64,000 nt of DNA, from the sequence record LC727701.1. One strand, written 5' to 3'. The notes under the pieces were generated by a model, which did no database searches, had not been told where the DNA came from, and saw nothing but the letters and a program-made list of their open reading frames with translations. How positions within the stretch are numbered: the stretch's first letter is position 1; every line of letters begins with the position of its first letter. Shown one piece after another: positions 43,196-54,999 of the stretch. The position numbers were made by a program, and so were the translations under genes.

Positions 43196-44110
43196 ATGTT
43201 TAACATCCATAAATACGCTAAAAGTATTTCACTAGAAAATGATTGTCAGGATCTAATTGAATCTGACAATATTGTTAATGATGATATTAGTTTAGTACAA
43301 GTTGATCCAAAACAACAGCTTGTAGATATTACTGAGACTATTTCTCAAGAAGCTAATTTCGCAACAAACGCTATTAACATTATCAATAAACGCGGTGCTA
43401 ATTTTGCTATCGCTGCTCGTAATGCATTTACGTCGATGACTAACTGGAGTAATCAAATTATTCCTGAGTTCCATCCAGCGCAGATGCGCCATTTAGTTTC
43501 ACACATTGATTATTTAGAAGTAGCAAATACAATCGTGCCACAACCAGTTGGTTTTAATGGTGAGATTCCAGACTATGTTGATTATCTATTAACAGAAGCT
43601 AAGGAAATGGCCACTATTATTCCAGCGGTATTAGACCCGGTTAAAGCACAACTTGGATATTATCTACAACAGCGTGCTGATCGAATGGATAAGCGTGGCT
43701 TTGCTAATTCATTTGCAATGGCATCGATCAATGATCTTGCTAAAGATGCTTCTTTCTATGACAGTGACAACCGGTCAAGTACAGCTGAGTTTGGTAAGCT
43801 TTACCCATCATTAAATTCATTTGTTGACGCAACAAAGAAAATGAACGATATTCGTAGCATTTTATCACGGGTTCGTCCAAATGATGTAAAACGTGCTTCA
43901 GAAGCGCTTAGTCAATTAATTGATAGCTTTATGGAGGATGTTAAGGATAGTAACTCTGACACCTCTCCAGAGCTGTTACAGACATTAATTGAAGGGGTTA
44001 CATGGGCAGCAGACCATGTTGAACGTTATTCAACACTCTTTACTAAGATTGTTGAGACTGCGAACACAATGAAAGCCACTGAAGATATTCTTCGTGAAAT
44101 CATTGGATAA
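43196..44110 (+). CDS. Virion head protein (gp153-like)
   Basis: 304 aa; ISLE near the N-terminus fits the S/A/G-X-E protease motif; synteny. Confidence 0.75.
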   Translation: MFNIHKYAKSISLENDCQDLIESDNIVNDDISLVQVDPKQQLVDITETISQEANFATNAINIINKRGANFAIAARNAFTSMTNWSNQIIPEFHPAQMRHLVSHIDYLEVANTIVPQPVGFNGEIPDYVDYLLTEAKEMATIIPAVLDPVKAQLGYYLQQRADRMDKRGFANSFAMASINDLAKDASFYDSDNRSSTAEFGKLYPSLNSFVDATKKMNDIRSILSRVRPNDVKRASEALSQLIDSFMEDVKDSNSDTSPELLQTLIEGVTWAADHVERYSTLFTKIVETANTMKATEDILREIIG

Positions 44111-44118
44111 CAGCATAA

Positions 44119-44141
44119 GCCCTCTCCCAAAAGGAGAGGGC
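44119..44141. terminator. Bidirectional terminator
   Basis: GCCCTCTCC-CAAAA-GGAGAGGGC. Confidence 0.85.
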
Positions 44142-44156
44142 ATTATGTCGTACCAA

Positions 44157-44642
44157 TCAATTTGGAATACACTTCTCATGTAAACTTAATTTAAAGAGGG
44201 TTTTCAAATCCTTTAAAAAAGTTGCATCATCAGCATATTTCATCCAACACGGAGTCTTACGAATAAGCCTCATGAAAAATTGATCAGTGGTTAGATCTGC
44301 TTTATCAATCTTATCGATTGCTATCACGCCTTTCCATACGTACGGCCCATAATGAATTGGGAGTCGTAAGGCAGCTTCATCGCGTACTAGTTTCATGTTA
44401 GAATTCAAATGAGAGATCTTTTCACACTCATTTGTCTTACACTGTACTATAACGGAGTACAGTGACGCCATGACGCACATCCGCTTTAGTTCGGGATCAG
44501 CATAGTCCCAGAGCTTAATCCAAATTGCCCTGAAACCATTCTTAACCGACTTTTTGAATCTGCTAATAAGGTTCATGGAATACCCACTATTTTGGGAGAA
44601 TAAATTGTGTATAGGGTGATTGATAGATAGCTGAGCCATCAT
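44157..44642 (-). CDS. Hypothetical protein (gp154-like)
   Basis: Track ORF; the true start may be 44576 (MNLISRF), which avoids overlap with RNase H. Confidence 0.7.
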   Translation of the reverse strand: MMAQLSINHPIHNLFSQNSGYSMNLISRFKKSVKNGFRAIWIKLWDYADPELKRMCVMASLYSVIVQCKTNECEKISHLNSNMKLVRDEAALRLPIHYGPYVWKGVIAIDKIDKADLTTDQFFMRLIRKTPCWMKYADDATFLKDLKTLFKLSLHEKCIPN

Positions 44643-46035
44643 CCGTCACGAACACAATTGAATATGAATAAGAATATGGGCCTTCAGCTACTACAAGAAT
44701 TTCCATTTTAACTTTATTAGCTCCAATACGAGCTAATTGGTTTCTACTTGGAATATCGATATTTAATACAAGCTTTAATTTTATCTTACGATCTTTAAAT
44801 GTGATCGGAACTTCTACAAAGCCTGTATTAGATGTAATCGTCTTAAGTAGTTGATAGCCAACTTTCTTACCCTTTGCGACTTCCTCGAAGAAGTGCTCGG
44901 TAATATCAATAATACCAACCGACTCTCCAAGTTTACCAGCCAAGTAATCTTCAAGACGACTGCGCATAACATTAAATGTAGCTACAGCATCATTTGCCAT
45001 ACGTGGTGGATTAAGAGTCCGACTAATGAGTTCATCTGTTGGCGTCGACAAAACATTGATATCTTTCCATACGACTAGAGCAGGTAGCCCCATGGATTCA
45101 ATTTTCTGTCGAATGGTTGCACGATATGCGTTTGCCAAATTGATGATACCCAGTTCTGGATTTTCAGTACCCAGTGCTTCTGTATGCATATTAATTAGTA
45201 ACTGGAGATACTCATCTGGTTCATTTGCCTTATATACACTGAAGGTTGCTTCAGAGATACGACGCCCTAAAATTAAATCAGCTTTAGCTAATTTATCTTT
45301 AGCAGTGTCTTTTGGTTTATGACCATAGTTATGCATACGACCTAAGTTATAGGTGTAATAGAACCCATCTGGTTCTTCTCCAGAGTTAATGGCGAAGAGT
45401 AACCTACTTTCGAGGATAAGTGGATTAACAACTTGTTTTTTAAGTTTGTTAATTTCCTCGCCTTTAACCGAAACCATCACTGGCTTATCATTATTCTGTC
45501 CCGAACCAAGCTTAGCGTTAGCATCAGCTTTTTCATTACCAATGTCTCCGTTATGTCCACGGACCCATTGGATGCTTAATGGTTTATTAGTTTCTTCCCA
45601 TTTAGCTTTTAGTTCGACCATCTGTTTCCATAGGTCCTGGTTTGCTACCGGCGTGCCGTCTGATTTAATCCAATTAGACTTAATCCATTTGGGTAAATAT
45701 GCGGTCATACCTTTTCTAACGTATTCACTATCCATGAGCATCGTTAGTCTAGGAGCATCTGCTTCATGAGCTATTTTGAAAGCCTCAATTGCAGCGGTTA
45801 GCTCACCTGTATTATTAGTAGGGTTATTAGTTACACTACCAAATGCATCAATATAATTTAAAACAGTGCATGTCTCATCTGCACCTACATCTAAGTATCC
45901 CTTAGCTGTTGGTTGCTGTTTGGTGGCTGCTTTAGATTTCATTGCAACATTTTCATAGGTATAACCATGAATACCCCAACCAGCTTTACCCTGTCGGAAT
46001 GATCCGTCAGTGTATAAAACCATACCGTCTGCCAT
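44587..46035 (-). CDS. rnhA: Ribonuclease HI with long C-terminal extension (gp155-like)
   Basis: YTDGS, TNNTGEL, MDSEYV and WVRGHNGDIGNEKAD motifs; GAGGA SD. Confidence 0.92.
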   Translation of the reverse strand: MADGMVLYTDGSFRQGKAGWGIHGYTYENVAMKSKAATKQQPTAKGYLDVGADETCTVLNYIDAFGSVTNNPTNNTGELTAAIEAFKIAHEADAPRLTMLMDSEYVRKGMTAYLPKWIKSNWIKSDGTPVANQDLWKQMVELKAKWEETNKPLSIQWVRGHNGDIGNEKADANAKLGSGQNNDKPVMVSVKGEEINKLKKQVVNPLILESRLLFAINSGEEPDGFYYTYNLGRMHNYGHKPKDTAKDKLAKADLILGRRISEATFSVYKANEPDEYLQLLINMHTEALGTENPELGIINLANAYRATIRQKIESMGLPALVVWKDINVLSTPTDELISRTLNPPRMANDAVATFNVMRSRLEDYLAGKLGESVGIIDITEHFFEEVAKGKKVGYQLLKTITSNTGFVEVPITFKDRKIKLKLVLNIDIPSRNQLARIGANKVKMEILVVAEGPYSYSYSIVFVTDDGSAIYQSPYTQFILPK

Positions 46036-46090
46036 TATTGTTTCCTCATGTGATCGATTACTAAACTAGATAATAATTCTAGCAAGTAAA

Positions 46091-46492
46091 TTACTCATCA
46101 CACTTTGCACGCCATTCTTCATATGCTTGCTCAATTTTAGCGCGCTCAGATACAATATGTGACTTTAATTCTTTTATATAGTCAGTCAACAAGATATCGA
46201 TTTGTTCCGGAGTTTCTATAAACTCTGTAATAATCGGTGTTGGCGGTACCGGTTTCTTTCTTGGTAGTTCGAAAACCATACACTTCTTACTAGTATCCTT
46301 ACTATATTTTTTAGGTGTAGGCAGAACTTTTTGTATTACCTCTTCTTTAGTTGTAACAACAGATGTATGATCATCTGTAGAAGAGGAGTGTTCATATTGG
46401 ACCACAGTCGTGTTGTGCGTGTGGTACTCATGTGGCGTATAAACACAGCCACTTATAAGTGGTAGGAGTATTAGAAAGAACTTTCTTGACAT
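46091..46492 (-). CDS. Lipoprotein, o-spanin-like
   Basis: MSRKFFLILLPLISG|C lipobox; Pro-rich PRKKPVPPTP, then an amphipathic helix (track start 46504). Confidence 0.7.
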   Translation of the reverse strand: MSRKFFLILLPLISGCVYTPHEYHTHNTTVVQYEHSSSTDDHTSVVTTKEEVIQKVLPTPKKYSKDTSKKCMVFELPRKKPVPPTPIITEFIETPEQIDILLTDYIKELKSHIVSERAKIEQAYEEWRAKCDE

Positions 46493-46512
46493 GTGATCCA
46501 CCAATTTGGTAC

Positions 46513-46803
46513 TTACTTTAGCAAGTCATTTAAACGACGGCGGCGCTCAAGCATTTCAGCCTTCTCAGGCGTCATTTTCTTGAGTCGATCCATTTCGGCT
46601 TTAACGGCCCAGTTCCTTGCTTTAACTGACTTCAACTCACTAGTCACTATGAATAAGGTACCTAGTAATATTACGACTAGGATCAACATCGCCGTGACGT
46701 GTTTGTTTTCCAGCAACACTTCCTTAATAGTTCTATCACCAAAGATAGCCCTCTTAAGGAATGGCCAAACGAAGAGCAAGGCTTTAATAGTCAAACCGAG
46801 CAT
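46513..46803 (-). CDS. Membrane protein with C-terminal coiled coil, i-spanin-like
   Basis: TM AMLILVVILLGTLFIV, then a charged helix; directly upstream of the lipoprotein; GAGGT SD. Confidence 0.65.
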   Translation of the reverse strand: MLGLTIKALLFVWPFLKRAIFGDRTIKEVLLENKHVTAMLILVVILLGTLFIVTSELKSVKARNWAVKAEMDRLKKMTPEKAEMLERRRRLNDLLK

Positions 46804-46978
46804 GATGACCTCTGTTAGTACTATGCCTACCCATAAAAGCCAGTATTGGCATTTCTATCAATAGACTGTTACAAGGGTATTACGTAAAGCTCATAATACC
46901 AGACTTTTTATTTTAACACAACTAGAACAGACTGATTTTATAGATGGAAACCCATCGCGCTCTAATTATGAGGATTAA

Positions 46979-48319
<1,341 letters not shown>

Positions 48320-48330
48320 TGCATAAATGA

Positions 48331-48350
48331 GAGAGGGCAAAGGCCCTCTC
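48331..48350 (+). terminator. Terminator hairpin
   Basis: GAGAGGGC-AAAG-GCCCTCTC, then TTATAT. Confidence 0.8.
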
Positions 48351-48374
48351 TTATATTAATCTAAAGGTGGTGCA

Positions 48375-49325
48375 ATGCGTAGATTCACTCTTAATCTTGC
48401 GGATAACCCGCGTGGGCAAGATCCACGAATAGGTTTCTTCAAAGCAGTTACAACAACATATCCGGATTTAGGTTTATCTGAGGATAAGTCCATTATTGTA
48501 ATGGTGATGGATAGTGCAACTATCGATGAACCTAATAGGACATTTGTTCGCATTCAAAAAGATGCAACTAATAGTGCTGTTTATTACGACTTTCTTTATA
48601 ATCGTTTTAATGTTAATGATTATATTAAAAATCCATATTGGACAGCATCAGAAGTAACGGTTGTTCAAGGGTTAAAAAATAGCGAAGCTTTAGTTGCGTA
48701 TGTTGCTAATAAAGCTAAATTAAATTTTACTGCTAGTGACATATGGTTAGAAATATCTAATATAACGTATACCGGTGGTAAGAAACAACCAAACTTTTTA
48801 TTTAAAGCTATTGATTCGTCACTATGGTGGAGAGGATGGTTAAATCTATGGTTACATTCAGGTGGTGATGTTGACCCTGATCCGCCGGACCCAGATCCAG
48901 ATCCTGATCCAGAACCAACAGATGGCTATCAGATATTCCCGCAATTGCTTGTACCATTTACAATTACAGTTGATAATGAAACAGGTAAATTTGGTAATTG
49001 GATTTGTCCGCCTTATGATCAAGCTATAGGTAGGCTATTGGTACTAATGCCTAAACCAGATGATGCTCAAATAGCAGAGTCACCTAAAGGTGTTATACTA
49101 CCTTCTGGCAATAGCGAGAAACTTAAGGCTGGTGCTGAATATCGAATACTGAATTTAACTAATGAAGATGTTGATATAGCTACTGCTTATCAACAGAGTA
49201 TCATTAGGCCAATGTATACAAGTACTGGTTTCTTACCTAATAATGGCTATACTCGATTTATCTGTTATAATGAAACAACTAAAGCGATGTATACACTTGG
49301 TCTGTCATGGTGGATGCAATCATGA
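48375..49325 (+). CDS. Two-domain putative virion protein with Pro-Asp linker (gp158-like)
   Basis: N-domain DFLYNRFNV motif; DPDPPDPDPDPDPEP linker; beta-rich C-domain. Confidence 0.75.
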   Translation: MRRFTLNLADNPRGQDPRIGFFKAVTTTYPDLGLSEDKSIIVMVMDSATIDEPNRTFVRIQKDATNSAVYYDFLYNRFNVNDYIKNPYWTASEVTVVQGLKNSEALVAYVANKAKLNFTASDIWLEISNITYTGGKKQPNFLFKAIDSSLWWRGWLNLWLHSGGDVDPDPPDPDPDPDPEPTDGYQIFPQLLVPFTITVDNETGKFGNWICPPYDQAIGRLLVLMPKPDDAQIAESPKGVILPSGNSEKLKAGAEYRILNLTNEDVDIATAYQQSIIRPMYTSTGFLPNNGYTRFICYNETTKAMYTLGLSWWMQS

Positions 49326-49726
49326 GCGAATTCTGTTATATCTACCCACCTATGAAAGTAATTAACACGTCTAAAGCAACTGGACGTAAGTTTGATATTG
49401 ACTCAACTTATCTTAATGCGCACATTATCGTTGAAGATCCTAATTATACTGATAATGATAATTCAGATAGTCCATTTATAGTAAATTTACCAGCTACTGC
49501 CTATGATACTAAAAAAGGTAAATATGTATTTACTATTGCTAATAAGACAAATGGATTATTGGTGATTCGTGCTTATGGTAATCGTTTAGTTGGTAACCGT
49601 GTATTCAAAGTTGACTGTCAATTAAACAAAGGTGAGGCATGTGAATATAGAACGGTTTATGATTCATTAGAAAATGAATTATACTGGTCTATCGAAGGAC
49701 GTGTAATGACGGATGTACAGGAGTAA
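49322..49726 (+). CDS. Small beta-rich protein (gp159-like)
   Basis: ATGA overlap with the upstream stop (track start 49307); IVNLPA..G..VFTIAN pattern. Confidence 0.7.
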   Translation: MSEFCYIYPPMKVINTSKATGRKFDIDSTYLNAHIIVEDPNYTDNDNSDSPFIVNLPATAYDTKKGKYVFTIANKTNGLLVIRAYGNRLVGNRVFKVDCQLNKGEACEYRTVYDSLENELYWSIEGRVMTDVQE

Positions 49727-49729
49727 ATC

Positions 49730-50203
49730 ATGGCAGATACATCAAAATGTGATAATTTCATTCCTGGTTCATTTTACACAACAATAAATAAATATCCATT
49801 AAAAATGAAACACCCTCTTTATGGAGATGATGTTATTTATAATCTGTTAGATGTTAAAGATTATTTTGATACTAACATTATCTTTAAAGAAGAAGATGGA
49901 TATGTATCATCACCAACAACACCTACATTTATTGGCACTGTTATTAAATATAATACATCATTGCCAAATGGATTTACTTTCGTATTGAGTTTCTATGAAA
50001 AAGATCCTATTAATGGCAAAGAGACTAGGGACTCATTAAGTTTTTGGGCACAAGACAAAGATGGTAAATTAGTTATACCTAGAGGTTTTCCATTTGAAGA
50101 TGCTTCTGTGCGCGGTACGGTTGGACAACGATTTATATTAGTCAGACCTAATGGCCAAACAACTGGTGATTATATTTGGGTTTGTCCTGGTCAAGCATTT
50201 TAA
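49730..50203 (+). CDS. Small beta-rich protein (gp160-like)
   Basis: AGGAG SD; clean ORF. Confidence 0.75.
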   Translation: MADTSKCDNFIPGSFYTTINKYPLKMKHPLYGDDVIYNLLDVKDYFDTNIIFKEEDGYVSSPTTPTFIGTVIKYNTSLPNGFTFVLSFYEKDPINGKETRDSLSFWAQDKDGKLVIPRGFPFEDASVRGTVGQRFILVRPNGQTTGDYIWVCPGQAF

Positions 50204-50208
50204 TTTAA

Positions 50209-50236
50209 AGCGGATCTGCTTTAAAGTGGATCCGCT
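50209..50236 (+). terminator. Terminator hairpin
   Basis: AGCGGATC...GATCCGCT, then ATTATTT. Confidence 0.65.
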
Positions 50237-50277
50237 ATTATTTCGTCTTAAAGTAACTATAGTGCTCAATTGAATGA

Positions 50278-50937
<660 letters not shown>

Positions 50938-50972
50938 CAACCTTATGAACTTTAATACTCCGGAGTTTTAAA

Positions 50973-52541
50973 ATGGCTAAGAAAAAAACAGTTCCCGCAA
51001 TGGATTTCTTTGCAAGTCTTGAGCGCGTTTCTGATGCTGAAGATAAGAATGTCAATCTTGATGTTGGTAAAGAATTACCAGAACAATTAAAAGATGATGA
51101 AGATGGTAAAGTAAATCCATGTGATGAAGTTACCAATGTCGTTACCAATACCCCAATTGACGTATGCAAAGGTCCAGATGTTGATGGAACTGCTGATAAG
51201 ATCAATGATAAGAAGATTCATGTTAGTCAAGGGCTAAAAGAATTCCAAGTAGCTAAAGGTGATCGTGTTGAAAACGAAATCACTGAAACAGCTGATGAAA
51301 TGATCACTAAAGTAAGTGATACTAAAGATCTTAATGTTAGTACCAAAAAACCACACCAAATTGCAGATGTCCCATCGAATGAAGACATTTCTATTATGGA
51401 AGCCAATGAGACTGAGCAGCTAGACCATGGCTATGATGCCACCGCACTACTGGAAACTACTGAAGATATCATCACTGGTGAACTAGATGATCATCTAGAA
51501 TCATTATCAGTTGAAATGTTTACAATTGTAAATGAACTGACTAAAGTAGAATCTGTTCAAACTGCATTAGAAAACTATATTGGTTTAGTTAGTAACCGCC
51601 ATCATCGCGGGCATGATGTCGATCATGATCTAGCTAAAGCTATTAGCATCGCGCTAGAGTCATTTGACTATAAATATTTTAATAACACTGTGCCATCAAT
51701 GGAATCCTTTATATCACCGCTAACTCGGCCTAAAGCTTCTATTGAAGTATTAGATAATCTACAAGCTAAAGCAAAAGAAGTATCTACTGTTGCATTAGAT
51801 TTCATTAAGAAGCTAATTCGCATTGTTGTAGAAACTTATCAACGTATTCGCCAGAATGTCAGTAATCAAATAGAACGCGTTAATAAGATCATGAAACGCG
51901 TTAAAGAGAATGAACTACCCGATGAAGTTCGTACTATCGCAATTCCACGCGATCTGATTCTAGGTGACACTGGTGAGAGTTGGGTTGGTGTAGACCCTGT
52001 TCAGGGGGTTACTGTAATCCGTAATCTATTTGACAGCATTGAAAAGAATGGACTGCGTGCTCTTAAAGCAGCCTTAGCTGGAAAAACAACTGATGATAAA
52101 GCACTGGCTTTAGCTAAAGGTATGTTTGGAACAGCTACCAAAATTAATGCTAATGGTGTCCGATATGCTAGCCCGGTTGTGCCCGGTAATCGTGTTTATA
52201 CCTTTGGTAAAGACAAAGCTGCGGTAGACTTCTCCATTCTTGATGCACCGGGTAAACCCAACTATGGAATTACTGTTGAACTATTAGTTGATAAGAATGT
52301 TGTTATGGCTCAGCTAAAAGCAGTTCATAACCTCCTAAATCATCTAAATAATATTCGCGGTATCTCTAAAGAGTCAACTGCTGAAATCATTGCACAGATG
52401 ACTGATAAAGAAGCAACCAATGTTGGTAAGGCTTATCTAACTGGCACCACTGAAGCTAGTAATGATCTGTTTAAATGTGTGATGATCTGGATCACCGTAC
52501 TTGAGAAACTAGTTGATAGTGAAATCAAGGAAACTGAATAG
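50973..52541 (+). CDS. Inner-head protein (gp162-like)
   Basis: 522 aa; acidic propeptide-like N-terminus with several S/A/G-X-E sites (ASLE, TALE, IALE, PSME). Confidence 0.8.
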   Translation: MAKKKTVPAMDFFASLERVSDAEDKNVNLDVGKELPEQLKDDEDGKVNPCDEVTNVVTNTPIDVCKGPDVDGTADKINDKKIHVSQGLKEFQVAKGDRVENEITETADEMITKVSDTKDLNVSTKKPHQIADVPSNEDISIMEANETEQLDHGYDATALLETTEDIITGELDDHLESLSVEMFTIVNELTKVESVQTALENYIGLVSNRHHRGHDVDHDLAKAISIALESFDYKYFNNTVPSMESFISPLTRPKASIEVLDNLQAKAKEVSTVALDFIKKLIRIVVETYQRIRQNVSNQIERVNKIMKRVKENELPDEVRTIAIPRDLILGDTGESWVGVDPVQGVTVIRNLFDSIEKNGLRALKAALAGKTTDDKALALAKGMFGTATKINANGVRYASPVVPGNRVYTFGKDKAAVDFSILDAPGKPNYGITVELLVDKNVVMAQLKAVHNLLNHLNNIRGISKESTAEIIAQMTDKEATNVGKAYLTGTTEASNDLFKCVMIWITVLEKLVDSEIKETE

Positions 52542-52550
52542 GTAAACATA

Positions 52551-53738
52551 ATGTCCACATATGCAGAACTATTAATTACCAATAATGAACTCAAAGAGGC
52601 TATTGTTTCTGTTGAAGCATATCGCCATCGATTAGCTCGTTATCAAGATCTGCTAGATGGACGTGACGTAGCATCTGAAGACCTGTCTAAAGCGATGTCA
52701 TTTGCTTTAGAAAGTATCGATCCCGCCTTCTCCATAAAAGAAGGCGGTATAATTACACTACGTGCTTTAAAAGATGCATTAGTTCGAGCTGCTAAGGCTG
52801 CACGAGATATTGTGCGGATGGTAATCGAAACACTCACGGCATTCTACGTCAAGTTTACTGGCAGTATTTCACATGTGCGTAAAACACAGCAAAAATTATC
52901 TAGGCGACTTGCAAAACTAGGTAATCGTACGACTAATACTCGATTGACTGTTTCTGGTTTACAGCGATTATCTATTAACGGTGAATTCATTGGTGATCGA
53001 CCAGATAATCTTTTAGATATCAAAGAAGTCACTAATTATATTTTAATGACTTATCCTAAAATGACTTCTAATATTGCTCGAAATATTAGTAGACAAGCAT
53101 TGAATATCTTAGATAATCAAGGCGAAGATACCACTACAGAAATCATTGATGAGTTATTACAATCTTTTGCCGATATAGTGCGTCGTGATTTTAAAGCGCC
53201 GCCAGGGGATGAGCCATTAAAGAAAGGTGAGACTACTTCTACTGGTACCCATAGAAGTTATATTTTACCAGCTAATCGTGCATTTGTTTATACTGATGCT
53301 GACCATATAGCTACATCAGTTACTAATAAACAATCTGCACTAGAAATGGTTCGCAATACATTTACAATGGAATTTACAGAGTTACAAATCAATGCAATTG
53401 ATAGCACTGAACGAGATATAGAAGTACCTTCTGTAACTACGCTAAGTGATATTGTAACTGGTATTGCTAATATTTTAACGATCGCTGAACGTGCTAAACA
53501 AGGCGAAGTAGAATATAAAACAGTTAAGGTAGTTGTAGATGATTCAATTCGACAGCTAGCTGAACGTAGTGAGTTATTGGGAAGGGCAAATGGCGAGGCA
53601 ATTAATATGCTCGCTGAGATATCCCGAAAATTAGCAGAACCTGTTGGTAACTACACCCATTGGTTAGCAGTAACTCTTAAAGTCTGGTTAACATTTGTTA
53701 GTCACTGCATTACTCATTATGAGAATGAAGGTATTTAA
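52551..53738 (+). CDS. Inner-head protein, paralog of the preceding gene (gp163-like)
   Basis: Shared segment E.Y..L......G.DV..DL.KA.S.ALES.D. Confidence 0.8.
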   Translation: MSTYAELLITNNELKEAIVSVEAYRHRLARYQDLLDGRDVASEDLSKAMSFALESIDPAFSIKEGGIITLRALKDALVRAAKAARDIVRMVIETLTAFYVKFTGSISHVRKTQQKLSRRLAKLGNRTTNTRLTVSGLQRLSINGEFIGDRPDNLLDIKEVTNYILMTYPKMTSNIARNISRQALNILDNQGEDTTTEIIDELLQSFADIVRRDFKAPPGDEPLKKGETTSTGTHRSYILPANRAFVYTDADHIATSVTNKQSALEMVRNTFTMEFTELQINAIDSTERDIEVPSVTTLSDIVTGIANILTIAERAKQGEVEYKTVKVVVDDSIRQLAERSELLGRANGEAINMLAEISRKLAEPVGNYTHWLAVTLKVWLTFVSHCITHYENEGI

Positions 53739-53746
53739 CAGCATAA

Positions 53747-53767
53747 GCCCTCCCATAGTGGGAGGGC
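53747..53767. terminator. Bidirectional terminator
   Basis: GCCCTCCCA-TAG-TGGGAGGGC. Confidence 0.85.
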
Positions 53768-53777
53768 ATTATGTTCT

Positions 53778-54950
<1,173 letters not shown>

Positions 54951-54999
54951 TTACTAGGGTTATTAACTCTATAGAGTAAGACATTATTAAGGGTTAATC

